DNA from: Eledone cirrhosa
Lineage: Eukaryota
Length of the DNA stretch: 64,000 nucleotides
Direction of reading: 5' to 3'
Assembly: GCA_964016885.1 (NCBI GenBank)
Contig: OZ024765.1
Location: 5,146,001 to 5,210,000, forward strand
The translations under genes and the position numbers were made by a program. Positions 49,411 through 62,949 of the stretch are shown here, in pieces (the first letter of the stretch is position 1; each line of letters opens with the position of its first letter). A model generated the notes under the pieces. It was given only the letters and a program-made list of their open reading frames with translations. It was not told the DNA's origin and did not search any database.

Positions 49411-49943
49411 TATATGGTGGCTGCAAACTCTGTTAAGAGTATTGCAATCACCCGTCAGATTACAGAGTTTAGTACACTTTTAGGCTACGGCCAGTGACTT
49501 GAACCTGTAACATATCCTGAACAAGCAATGGCTGTGATTTGAAAGGTTTTTTAAGCGAGGAAAGGCCTTGCACTCGACCAATCCCACTCTCTCAGCATCG
49601 AAAACACTACCTGAAAAGGAGAACTGGTCAACATCATCGGATGTTTCTGAAGACGCAGGTTTTTATTCAGAGTTTCTCTCTCCTAGAAAGGTGTTGTGAC
49701 AACAACTGGGGCCTTTCACTCCCAGGTTATAAAAAGAAGAAGAAAAGTGCTATTGGGATGGCCGTTGACTCTGCTGAGTTCCTCCGCCATTTGCCGGGTA
49801 TTGTATTTCATCCCTCAGGGTGTCCAAATATCACCCTCCTCACCAAGCTAGCTTGGTGGGGTTGCCGGTTTAGTCGCCGACGACCCGACCATTAGACAGG
49901 TTGTACTGGGTTACATGGTACCAGTAGCACTCGAGAGTAACCT
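49411..49943 (-). mobile_element. Non-autonomous RTE copy (A part 49755-49943, 3' tail at 49411-49430)
   Basis: Homology to 21430-21452 and 54353-54542. Confidence 0.6.
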
Positions 49944-50087
49944 CTCTCACACACACACACACAGGCGCGTACACACACATATATATATATAGGGTGTCCT
50001 CTCAAAATATATACACGCTTGATTTATTTATTAAAATATTGTTGAAGCGTGAATATTTTTTTTGTGACGCCGTATACAATATATATA

Positions 50088-50136
<49 letters not shown>

Positions 50137-51010
50137 ATATATATATATATATATAAGGGTTAAAATACTGGAGTGTGTTAGAGTTAAACACCCTCTTCGT
50201 ATTATAGAAATGACAGTAAAAGGTATAGCTCAATGTAGTTAAACAGAGCCGAAAAATTAAGAGAGTAAAACAAAGAAGCCTTCAATACATCAAAAGTCTT
50301 TATTAGCGGACATATATATATATATAGTAATAATAATAAAATTGAATATATAGTTATGTAATAAACGACATAAGATAATTATTTCATTACACGCAGTTAT
50401 GGACGTTAAATTTATGAAATTTCAACGTTACGACTCCAAGTATTTAATGGTTCAACGTCTCGTTGTAAACCCAATTCTACTCTCTCTCTCTATTTCTTTT
50501 TGTTACGCTTTCTCTCTCCTTTTCCCACCCCCCTATCCCTCCCCCTCTCTCAGTGACGTCATAATATTAATGGTGGGTTTAATGGACATGTAGCAAGCAT
50601 CTGCCCCATCGTTGAAACTTAATATTTTTTATTGTAGAACCCTACAAATATGCCCCACCCCCTCCCCCGATACCCCATACGAGAAACATAAGATTTTGAG
50701 CAAGTTTCAACGACCAACCAGAAGAATCGCCTATATTATAGTTGGATACGACGGAGGACATGACCTCATCTCATTACGTTGTTATGACAAAGTAGAACTA
50801 AGAGGTGAGAATATTTATCAATATAGCAGGCACTTCGCCAAATGTAACTCTTTCACTATCATATCTGAGTTCAAATCCCGTCGAGGTTAACTTTGACTTT
50901 CATCCTTACCGGGGTCGATAAAATAAAGTACCAGTAATGTACTGGGTAATTGCTGGCCTTGTGCCAAAAGTAGAAACAATTATATTTTAAACGTAAGACA
51001 CTGCCTGTCA

Positions 51011-51710
51011 TTAACCCTTTCATTACCATATTTCTAATGAAAGACACTGTCTATGTCTTTAACCCTTTCATTACCATATTTCTAAGGAAAGACACTGTCT
51101 ATGTCATTAACCCTTTCATTACCATATTTCTAAGGAAAGACACTGTCTATGTCTTTAACTCTTTCATTACCATATTTCTAAGGAAAGACACTGTCTATGT
51201 CTTTAACCCTTTCATTACCATATTTCTAATGAAAGACACTGTCTATGTCATTAACCCTTTCATTACCATATTTCTAAGGAAAGACACTGTCTATGTCTTT
51301 AACTCTTTCATTACCATATTTCTAAGGAAAGACACTGTCTATGTCTTTAACCCTTTCATTACCATATTTCTAATGAAAGACACTGTCTATGTCTTTAACC
51401 CTTTCATGACCATATTTCTAATGAAAGACACTGTCTATGTCTTTAACCCTTTCATTACCATATTTCTAAGGAAAGATACTGTCTATGTCTTTAACCCTTT
51501 CATGACCATATTTCTAAGGAAAGACACTGTCTATGTCATTAACCCTTCATTACCATATTTCTAAGGAAAGACACTGTCTATGTCTTTAACCCTTTCATGA
51601 CCATATTTCTAAGGAAAGACACTGTCTATGTCTTTAACCCTTTCATGACCATATTTCTAAGGAAAGACACTATCTATGTCATTAACTCTTTCATTATCAT
51701 ATTTCTAACG
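51011..51710. repeat. 48-bp array (about 14 copies) of a TTAA-MITE terminus
   Basis: Unit ttaaccctttcattaccatatttctaaggaaagacactgtctatgtct. A single-unit relative lies at about 34210-34410. Confidence 0.9.
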
Positions 51711-51879
51711 AAAGAAAGTGATTTAGTAATAAACTAAGAATTTAAAGTGATAATGTAACTAACTTTCTCATTATTAAGCTGGTGTTTGGAACATAACTTA
51801 ACAATGGTTCTTATATAAATTATGCAGGAGGGTTTTTAGATAAATATAAACACGTAAAACTTTTTATTTACAATATGAA

Positions 51880-52470
51880 ATTGAGTGCTGCGAAAACTGA
51901 GACACTTGTACTCTATATGTAAATGGAGTTCAGCTGAAGCAGGTGAAGTTCAAATATCTCGGAGTTGTGTTCACAAGTGATGCAAGGCAGGAGACTGAAT
52001 TAAGTGCCAAGAATTACAGGAGCTGGTGCAGTAAGGCACCAGCTTCAGCATTCGGTAATCAGAAGAAGGGGGGCAGGTGTAAAAGCCAAACTCTCTATCT
52101 CTAATTCGGTATTTGTGCCAACCCTTACTTATGGTAATATATCTTGGGTAATGACCGAAAGAATATGATCGCGAATACAAGCGGCCGAAATGAGATTCCT
52201 CCGAAGGGTTTTTGGAGTAACCTTACTTGATAAAGTGTGTTACTCGGAGATGAGAGAGTCACTCCAGGTAGAGCTGCTACTTCTCTGTATTGAGAGATCA
52301 CAGCTCTGATACTATGGACATGGGGTTAGAATGTCTCAGGAAAGAATCACTGGAGAGTCACTCCAGGTAGAGCTGCTACTTCTCTGTATTGAGAGATCAC
52401 AGCTCTGATACTATGGACATGTGGTTAGAATGTCTGAGGAAAGAATTGCTGGACAGATTTTACGGGCAAC
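51880..52470 (+). mobile_element. RTE (Expander/Rex3-like) fragment
   Basis: FKYLGVVFTSD...PTLTYG...RIQAAEMRFLRRV...YYGHVVRM. Confidence 0.8.
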
Positions 52471-52489
52471 ACCAACTAACTAAATGCTG

Positions 52490-52901
52490 CTGCCTTCTTC
52501 TTCTTTGCCTTCTTCTACTTTTTCTTCTTTTACTTTTTCTTCTTTTACTTTTTCTTCTTTTTCTTTTCTTTTCTTCTTCTTTGCCTTCTTTTCTGCTTTT
52601 TCTTCTTTTCTGCCTTCTTTTCTGCTTTTTCTTCTTCTTCTTCTTTTCTTCTTCTTCTTCTTCTTCTTCTTCTTCTTCTTCTTCTTCTTCTTCTTCTTCT
52701 TCTTCTTCTTCTTCTTTTCTTCTTCTTCCTCTTCTTCTTCCTCTACTTCCTCTTCTTCTTTTCTTCTTCTTTTCTTCTTTTCTTCTTCTTTTCTTTTTCT
52801 TCTTCTTCTTTTCTTCTTTTCTTCTTTTCTTCTTCTTTTCTTTTTCTTCTTCTTTTCTTCTTTTCTTCTTCTTCTTTTCTTCTTCTTCTTCTTCTTCTTC
52901 T
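52490..52901. repeat. (TTC)n-rich polypyrimidine tract
   Basis: Direct reading. Confidence 0.95.
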
Positions 52902-52916
52902 AACGGACGTAAAACG

Positions 52917-53007
<91 letters not shown>

Positions 53008-53267
53008 ATATATATATATATATATATATACATACATATATATGTATATATATATATATATACATATATATGTATGTATATATATATATATATATATCTA
53101 ACAGCTCCATTAGCTAAATTAACTCCATTCATCATTGATTTACTAGTGTTTCTGCTTGGTTTCACTTTCTACATATATACACAAACACACGTGTGTTTGT
53201 GTATATAAGCATATATACGCAAATGTGTTAGTGTGTGTATATATATATATGCATGTGTGTGTTTCTG

Positions 53268-53303
<36 letters not shown>

Positions 53304-53611
53304 GGAGGGGGGGGGATATAGATGTATAGACAAACTATTAATATAAATACATATATGCAATAGCTACGAACCTTTCATATACACAACGTATATACAAGAA
53401 TCGATATGTGGTTGTATTTATATATATATATATATATATATATAAGTTTTAATATAGATGAGATTCTACAGGACTAGAACTGTTTCATTCTTTAGAAATC
53501 ATCATGAATCTCATCCATATTAAAACTTTTATACTCTGCAATGTATTGAGTACCTTACTTACTGTGGTTACCTCCGATTCAACCCGGAATAACGTATATA
53601 TATATATATAT

Positions 53612-53690
<79 letters not shown>

Positions 53691-53804
53691 GGACATACTT
53701 ATGCACACACACATGTATGTGTATATATATATATATATATACACACACGCACACATATATTTATATATATGTGTGTGTATATATATATATATATTTTTTT
53801 TTTT

Positions 53805-53925
53805 TAAATACAGAAATGGCTTCTACAGGACTAGAACTGTTTCATTCCAAGGAAACAAGCAGGAAAGCCTGATGGTTTCTTTGGAATGAAACAGTTCTAG
53901 TCCTGTAGAAGCCATTTCTATATTA
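53805..53925. mobile_element. Fold-back Penelope-like end with degenerate hammerhead core
   Basis: gaaatggcttctacaggactagaactgtttcattcc / ggaatgaaacagttctagtcctgtagaagccatttc. Family also at 14348-14370, 53464-53510 and 55650-55715. Confidence 0.55.
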
Positions 53926-53949
53926 AATATATGTGTATATATGTATATG

Positions 53950-54002
<53 letters not shown>

Positions 54003-54007
54003 GTATG

Positions 54008-54053
<46 letters not shown>

Positions 54054-54277
54054 TGTATGTATGTATGTATATGTGTATGTATGTGTATATATGTATGTGT
54101 ATGTATATATATATATATGTGTATGTATATATATATATGTATGTGTATGTATATATATGAATGTGTATGTGTATATATGTATGTGTATGTATATATATGT
54201 ATGTGTATGTATATATATGTATGTGTATGTATATATGTGTATGTGTATGTATATATGTATGTATATGTGTATATATG

Positions 54278-54308
<31 letters not shown>

Positions 54309-54311
54309 GTG

Positions 54312-54347
<36 letters not shown>

Positions 54348-54352
54348 TGTAT

Positions 54353-54860
54353 GTCAGGTCACTCTTGAGTGCTACTGGTAACATGTAACCCAGTACAACC
54401 TGTCGCATGGTCGGGTCGTCGGCGACTAAACTGGCAACCCCACCAAGTTTACCTGGTGAGGAGGGTGACTTTGGACACCCTGCAGGACAAAAAACAAAAC
54501 CTGACAAAGGGCGGAGGAACTCATGAGTTAACAACCATCCAAATATGTGTACATATGTATATATATATATGTGCATGTGTATGTATATGCGCGGGGACAG
54601 AGAAATAATCGGGCTGGATACCCGATCGCGCGGTTAAACCACTGGGAGTGAAGGACCCCTAGCCTTTGTCAGGGCATTCTCTAGGAGAAGGTAACTCAGG
54701 AAACTGGGATAACTCCGATATAAAACCTGCGGCTCAGTAGTTACAGATGATGTTGATCTTTTCTTCTTTTCGGGTTATAGCTACTGTCGTTCAGAGAGTG
54801 GGATTGGCTCAGTGCACAGTCTTTCCTCACTTTAAAAATATCTTCACGCACAGGCATTGC
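54353..54860 (+). mobile_element. RTE 5'UTR-derived element (A - microsatellite - B)
   Basis: Homology to the other copies, and RTE motif tctaggagaaggtaactc. Confidence 0.7.
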
Positions 54861-54932
54861 ACGATAGAATTAATTAATAATTATTAATAATGGTATATCG
54901 TGCAATGGTCATACTCGATAACGAGGGGGCAG

Positions 54933-55245
54933 CCATCATCATCATCATCATTTTACGTCCGCTCTTCCCTGCTTGCAAGGGTGGGACGGGTCTTATTCAG
55001 CACAGCATCTCTCCCCTCGTCACGGTCCTTTGTCATCTCCTCCGTGAGTTTCAGCGATCTGAGGTCTGTTCTCACCACCTCCGCCCATGTTTTTCGTGGT
55101 CTACCTCTACCACGTCTTCCTTCAACTGGCAATTCCTGGCACTTATTCACCCATCGGTCATCCTCCATGCGCATCACATGTCCATACCACCTCAGTCTCC
55201 TCTCTCATACACTACATTCTATCCCTCTCAGACAGTTTCTCTCTC
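54933..55245 (-). mobile_element. RTE-X 3' end
   Basis: [12 protein letters not shown]...[11 protein letters not shown]. Confidence 0.85.
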
Positions 55246-55464
55246 AATACACACACATATATATATATATATACACATGTATACACGTGTATATATACAT
55301 ATTTGTGCATATATATATATGCAGAGGTTATATTTAATTTGTTGGGATTGGGATTCAACAAGCTTAAACAATTTTTATCACTGATATAGACTATCCAGGA
55401 AGCTCCAACTGTTAAGGTTGTCTTTTTTCCGGGTATGTCAATATTTATTTATAAAACAAATCTG

Positions 55465-55530
55465 TATTTTATCTGATGAAAGCGCACCATAATTTGCCTT
55501 GGTTGCCCTTGAAATATGTATAATAAAATA
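55465..55530 (+). ncRNA. Type-I hammerhead ribozyme
   Basis: tattttat-CTGATGA-aagcgcacca(taatttgcct)tggttgccctt-GAAA-TATGTA-TA-ataaaata, with a perfect 8-bp stem I. Confidence 0.75.
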
Positions 55531-55586
55531 AATATGGTTTTATAAATATAGTTTTATAAATATAGTTTCCATTTATTAATATATTG

Positions 55587-55653
<67 letters not shown>

Positions 55654-56433
55654 GATTCCTGATGATTTCTCCCGAATGAAACAGTTCTAGTCCTGTAGAA
55701 GCCATTTCTATATTAAATATATATATATATATATATATATATCTGGCCTTTATCTATCTATCTGTCACTATCGCCATAGTTGTCACATGACATCAGCCCC
55801 TCCCCCTCTCCCCACCACCCTCTATCATTACACAATCTTTCATTGTTCAAGTTTTCCATAACAACTCATCTTAAATGACATGGTGTCTCCTTCCTTTCTT
55901 TCCTTTCTTATCATCTACCCCCCCCCTCATCATACTGACAGCGTTTCACCCCCCCCCCCCCCCCTCATCTGTCCTATGCCACCCACCACCCTCCTTTTTC
56001 TTATTCGTATATATATATATATAAATATACATAGATATATATATGTATATATATATATATATATATACATATATATACATATATATATGAATGTATATAA
56101 ATATGGATACATATATATATGTATGTATATAAATATACATACATATATATGTATGTGTATATATATATATACATGTATATAAATATACATGTATATGTAT
56201 GTATGTATATATATATATATGTATATAAATATACATACATATATATGTATGTATATTTATATACATATATGTATATAAATATACATACATACATATATAC
56301 CTCACACCTCAATATCACTCCTCCTCCCGACCCCCTCATCATCATCATCGCCCTTATCTCCACCATCATAACTGTCGGCATCACCACCACCACCACCACC
56401 ACATCTGTTTAATTGGATATCTCTCTTTCTATC

Positions 56434-56490
<57 letters not shown>

Positions 56491-56689
56491 GCACATGTAA
56501 ACGTGTATATACACACACACACATGCACGTGTTTATATATATATATATATATACACACATACATACATGTGTGTGTATATATATATATATATAAAATATA
56601 TATAGATGAAAAAGGGTGTAAAGCATACAAAATAAATATATATATATATACACATACACATATATACATACACACACACATATATACAT

Positions 56690-56779
<90 letters not shown>

Positions 56780-56914
56780 GGGGGACAAGGGTGTTAGAAA
56801 GGGTATATAAAGGTGTTAATAGTTGATGACATGGCTGGCAGCAATGAAGATAAGCAGGAGAGAGAGAGAGAGAGAGATCAGATATTGATTTACGCCCCCC
56901 CCCCCATATATATA

Positions 56915-57059
56915 TGACGTCACAGAGAATTGTGTGTATTTGTTGTAGTTTAATTGCTATAAATTAATATTTTGTCCCTCGTCCCTTACTCCACTGGACA
57001 GTGTTTGGCTTGTATCAGATGCTGTGACCTCAGATAAACCAGCAGAACTGTTGGTAAGG
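56915..57059 (+). promoter_or_regulatory. Candidate CRE + TATA promoter with short first exon
   Basis: TGACGTCA 56915-56922, TATAAA 56958-56963 and donor TG|gtaagg at 57053/57054 in a non-repetitive island. Confidence 0.3.
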
Positions 57060-57839
57060 GTCGAAACGGCCGATGACCCCGAAGTTCTGTCCTTCGTCTT
57101 TATTTTTTTTTTTTTTTTTAAATAATTTTTAAGGTTTCCCCTAAAAATATTGCTTTTCATTTTGCCTTGTTTCCTTTTTCTTGTCCTCTCTTTGTTAATT
57201 TTCTTAAGTTTATATATTTTTCATTTTTTTTCATTTTACGTCCGCTTTTTCCCTGCTTGAAAGGGTGGGACGGGAACTGATTCTGGCTTGATTTCTACAG
57301 CTGGATGCCCTTCCTAACACCAACCTCATTTACAGTGAGTGCTGGGTGCTTTTTTGCCGTGGCACCTCCACGACCACTTTGCAGTGGAATGATAGGGACC
57401 CCAGTCCCTATCATCTCATTTCTACAGCTGAGTAAACTGGAGCAATGTGAAATAAAGTGTCTTGCTCAAGGAAACAACACATCACCCGGTCTGAGAATTG
57501 AACTCACAACCTTTCAATTGCAAGCCCAATGCTCTAACCACTAAGCCATGTGCCCAAAGTTTTACATCTGTTCCAACCTATGGATGTTAGATGATGATGG
57601 TGAAAATGATGATGATGATGATGATGATAACAATGCTGATGATAAGGTGATGATGATAAAAGTAAGGATGATGAGGAAAGTAAGGACAGAGATGAAAGTA
57701 ATGATGATGATGATGATGGCAATGATGATGGATGTGTGAAGAACAAATGAAATGCACAATTAAATAAAATATATAATTTTCTGTGATCAATCACTGAATA
57801 AATCACAAATAAATCACTGAAGATCGTTGCCATTGCATA

Positions 57840-59444
57840 AAGGGCCGGTGTTACCATTAAGGTCAACTAACCAGTCATCTAGGGCCCAGATCTCAGAGAG
57901 ATGTATTACTGAACCCTGACCACAGAGCTGGTACTCCCATTGAGGCCAACTAGGCAGTCATCTAGGGCCCAGATCTGAGAGAGGTGTATTACTGTACCTT
58001 GACCACAGAGCTGGTACTACCATTGAGGCCAACTAGGCAGTCATCTAGGGCCCAGATCTCAGAGAGATGCATTACTGAACCTTGACCACAGAGCTGGTAC
58101 TACCATTGAGGCCAACTAGGCAGTCATCTAGGGCCCAGATCTGAGAGAGGTGTATTACTGTACCTTGACCACAGAGCTGGTACTACCATTGAGGCCAACT
58201 AGGCAGTCATCTAGGGCCCAGATGTGAGAGAGGTGTATTACTGAACCTTGACCACAGAGCTGGTACTACCATTGAGGTCAACTAGGCAGTCATCTAGGGC
58301 CCAGATGTGAGAGAGGTGTATTACTGTACCTTGACCACAGAGCTGGTACTACCATTGAGGCCAACTAGGCAGTCATCTAGGGCCCAGATGTGAGAGAGGT
58401 GTATTACTGTACCTTGACCACAGAGCTGGTACTACCATTGAGGCCAACTAGGCAGTCATCTAGGGCCCAGATCTGAGAGAGGTGTATTACTGAACCTTGA
58501 CCACAGAGTTGGTACTACCATTGAGGTCAACTAGGCAGTCATCTAGGGCCCAGATCTGAGAGAGGTGTATTACTGAACCTTGACCACAGAGTTGGTACTA
58601 CCATTGAGGTCAACTAGGCAGTCATCTAGGGCCCAGATCTGAGAGAGGTGTATTACTGAACCTTGACCACAGAGTTGGTACTACCATTGAGGTCAACTAG
58701 CCAGTCATCTAGGGCCCAGATCTGAGAGAGGTGTATTACTGAACCTTGACCACAGAGTTGGTACTACCATTGAGGTCAACTAGGCAGTCATCTAGGGCCC
58801 AGATCTGAGAGAGGTGTATTACTGAACCTTGACCACAGAGTTGGTACTACCATTGAGGTCAACTAGGCAGTCATCTAGGGCCCAGATCTGAGAGAGGTGT
58901 ATTACTGAACCTTGACCACAGAGTTGGTACTACCATTGAGGTCAACTAGGCAGTCATCTAGGGCCCAGATCTGAGAGAGGTGTATTACTGAACCTTGACC
59001 ACAGAGCTGGTACTACCATTGAGGCCAACTAGGCAGTCATCTAGGGCCCAGATCTGAGAGAGGTGTATTACTGAACTCCAATGTTTAAATCCAACCCTGC
59101 TCCCACTGGTCATTTCTCTTCAGCCATAGCCATCTAGATGTGCTCTCTGTTTCCACGTTTTCTCTCTCTCTCGCATAATGATTTCTGATTTAGGCTCCTG
59201 GGGAGAGGAGAAGTCAATTCAAAAAATCGACTCCAGTACGTAACTGGTACCTTATTTTATCGACCCCGTAAGGATGAAAGGCAAAACTAACCTCGGAGGG
59301 ATTTGAACTGATTTTTTAATTTTTTGATTTTCACTATATAGGGCCATCGATATTAAGTTTGTGTGTTTACTTTCATAATACTCTGCATCCCATTGAGGGA
59401 TTGATACCACAGCCTAGTTGGCCTAAATGATAATGCCGACCCTG
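57840..59444. mobile_element. TIR element carrying an 83-bp tandem array (about 14-15 copies, 57855-59077)
   Basis: Imperfect TIRs agggccggtgttaccattaaggtcaacta / tagttggcctaaatgataatgccgaccct. No clear TSD. Confidence 0.65.
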
Positions 59445-59761
59445 TATGTGAAGATAGTTAAAGAATTGTAAAATTGTAATCAATATTTCTGCTAATCAAC
59501 AGACCTTTTAATCAATAGATCTTCTTTTGGATCAATGAAATAATCACTTCTTTCCCAAAAATAATAAAACTTAACGATGAAATAATGGTTTTTAATTTAG
59601 GCACAAGGCCAGCAATTTGTAAGAGAGAGGTCCAAGTCAATTCTATCGACCCCACTACTGGACTGCTACTTTATTTTATTGACCCCAGAAGGAGGATAAA
59701 GTTGACCTCATTACTACAAAACATGACTGGTGCTCAAATGACTGCCAATCCACCGCCTCTT

Positions 59762-59990
59762 TTAATAATGGTTTCTATTTTAGGCACAAGGCCAGCAAAT
59801 ATCTCAGTGTATTACTGGTACTTTATTTTAATAATGGTTTCTATTTTAGGCACAAGGCCAGCAAATATCTCAGTGTATTACTGGTACTTTATTTTAATAA
59901 TGGTTTCTATTTTAGGCACAAGGCCAGCAAATATCTCAGTGTATTACTGGTACTTTATTTTAATAATGGTTTCTATTTTAGGCACAGGGC
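59762..59990. repeat. 66-bp x3 repeat of MetaSINE tail
   Basis: aataatggtttctattttaggcacaaggccagc has period 66. Confidence 0.85.
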
Positions 59991-62744
59991 AAGCAACTTG
60001 TGAAGAGAGGTGTAAGTTGATTATATCACTACCAGTATATAACTGGTACTTTTATTGACCCCAGAAGGATAACTGGCAAAGTTAACCCAAGTGGGATTTG
60101 AACTCAGAACGTAGAAATTTGTAACAGTAACAACAATAACAGTAACAACAATAACAACAGTAACAACAACAGTAACAACAACAGTAACAACAATAACAAC
60201 AACAACAGTAACAACAAGATGTAAACAGGAAGATAAAAGCAGATGTGAATGTTAAAGGGATCCTAACAACAGAGCAGGAGATATCCCTGTATAATTATAG
60301 GGGAGAGTAGAATAGGGGGGAGATAGGGGTAGAGGGAGAGAGCGGAGGGGGAGTAGGTAGAGGGAAGTGGGGGGGATATATAGAGAGAGTGAGAGAAGGA
60401 CAAAGAGGGAGGTGTAGATAGATAGATAGATAGATAGAGGGATGTGGAGGGGGGTATATAGAGAGAGTGAGAGAGGGACAAAGAGGGAGGTGTAGATAGA
60501 TAGATAGATAGATAGATAGAGGGATGTGGATGGGGGGGGTATATAGAGAGTGAGAGAGGGGCAAAGAGGGAGGTGTAGATAGATAGATAGAGGGATGTGG
60601 AGGAGGGTATATATAGAGAGAAAGAGGGGGGAGGAGGGAAGATAGATAGAGGGAGGTGGAGAGGGGGTATATATATAGAGAGAGAGGGACAAAGAAGGAG
60701 GGGGAGATATATAGATATAGGGGGGGGGTAGAGAGAGGAGGGGTAGATACATATAGAGGGGGTGAGTAGGTAGATAGAGGGAGAGGGAGGAGATAGAGAG
60801 AGAGAGGGAGGGAGTGTGTGTAGTAGAGAGGGAGGGAGTGTGTGTAGTAGAGAGAGAGAGGGAGTGTGTGTAGTAGAGAGAGAGAGAGGGAGTGTGTGTA
60901 GTAGAGAGAGAGAGAGGGAGTGTGTGTAGTAGAGAGAGAGAGAGGGAGTGTGTGTAGTAGAGTCCCTGCAATGTAGGAGGGGGGGGGGGATATTAAACTA
61001 AAGGTATTGTAGAACATCAATAAAAACATCAACAACTACCACCACAACTACCACCAATACCACCACAACTACCACCAATACCACCACAACTACCACCACA
61101 ACTACCACCAATACCATCACAACTACCACCAATACTACCACAACTACCACCAATACCACCACAACTACCACTAATACCATCACAACTACCACCAATACCA
61201 CCACAACTACCACCAATACTACCACAACTACCACCAATACTACCACAACTACCATCACAACTACCACCAATACCACCACAACTACCACTAATACCATCAC
61301 AACTACCACCAATACCATCACCAACACCACCATCACAACAACTGTTACAACCACCACCACAACAACAACCACCAGCACCACCACAACAACCACCACCACC
61401 ACAGCACCACCATCACAGCAACAACTATTACAACAACCACCACCATCACAGCACCACCATCATACCACCACCACCACCACAACAACCAGCACCACAACAA
61501 CAACCACCACCACCACTATTACAACAACCACCATCACACCACCACTACCACAGCACCACCACCACCACCACAACAACCACCACCACCACTATTACAACAA
61601 CCACCATCACACCACCACTACCACAGCACCACCACCACCACCACAACAACCACCACCACCACTATTACAACAACCACCATCACACCACCACTACCACAGC
61701 ACCACCACCACCACAACAGCCACCACCACAACAACAACCACCACCACCACTATTACAACCACCACCATCACACCACCACTACCACAGCACCACCACCACC
61801 ACAACAACCACCACCACCACCACCACTATTACAACAACCACCACCATCATACCACCACCACCACCACCACCACAACAACAACCACCACCACCACTATTAC
61901 AACAACCACCACCATCATACCACCACCACCACCACCACAACAACAACCACCACCACCACTATTACAACAACAACCACCACCATCACACCACCACCACCAC
62001 AACAACAACCACCACCACCACTATTACAACCACCATCACACCACCACCACCACTATTACAACCACCACCATCACAACCACCGCCATCACAGCACCACCAC
62101 AACAACAACCACCACCACAACAACAACCACCACCACCACTATTACAACAACCACCATCACACCACCACAACAACAACAACCACCACCACCACAACAACAA
62201 CAGTTACAACAACAATGATACATAACACCTCATCAAAATCAATAAAAAGAAATATAACAAGATACAACAAAGGAACATAAAAAACCCAAACACAAAACAC
62301 ACATGTCCCCTAAAAAATCCCCTAAAAACAAAACAAGGGGAGACAAATATTATAGAAATATATACAAACATAATAGAGCATATAAAGGACCCTTAACCAG
62401 AAATCAAAGAACACATAAAACATGGGATCCTTGTCAAATCACACAAAATCTGTCGGCATGAAGGGACAAAGATGTCTTTGAAGACACAGTTTGTGTAGCA
62501 GACCCCTTCCTACCTCTCAGCCAACCCATTCCTACCAATGTGTAGCCGACCCCTTCCTACCTCTCAGCCGACCCCTTCCTACCTCTCAGTTAATCAACAA
62601 ACGATTTCTTTTATCAATCAATAGATAGAAGAAAAACTATAAATACATAAAAAAATCAACTCAAGAAACCAATGGAATGCTGTTGTGTGGCTTAAGGGGT
62701 TCACTATGTAACCATAAGGTCCTGGTTTCAATGGCACTGTTGTG

Positions 62745-62932
62745 CTGGCCTCTACCTAGGGCCAGGGTCTTCTGGTGTACTGGCCTCCACCTAGGGCCAG
62801 GGTCTTCTGATGTACTGGCCTCCACCTAGGGCTAGGGTCTTCTGGTGTACTGGCCGCTACCTAGGGCCAGGGTCTTCTGGTGTACTGGCCTCCACCTAGG
62901 GCCAGGGTCTTCTGGTGTACTGGCCGCTACCT
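62745..62932. repeat. 35-bp minisatellite, about 5 copies
   Basis: Unit ctggcctccacctagggccagggtcttctggtgta. Confidence 0.85.
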
Positions 62933-62949
62933 CGGATCTTAGCACTTCT

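Noticed and set aside
54385-54435. Canonical HDV-like ribozyme fit (ccagt...ggg-tcg..cga-ctaa-actgg)
   Set aside because: P2, P4 and J4/2 look plausible, but no P3/L3 or 7-bp P1 is consistent across copies. It is kept only as an unclassified structured RNA.
55650-55705. Hammerhead CTGATGA-tttc..gaat-GAAAC (also 53868 and 22390-22416)
   Set aside because: Stem I and the NUH site do not form convincingly, so these are treated as decayed copies.
57055-57090. gggtcGAAAcggccgatgaccc hairpin resembling a ribozyme half
   Set aside because: There is no upstream CUGANGA and no NUH after the palindrome.
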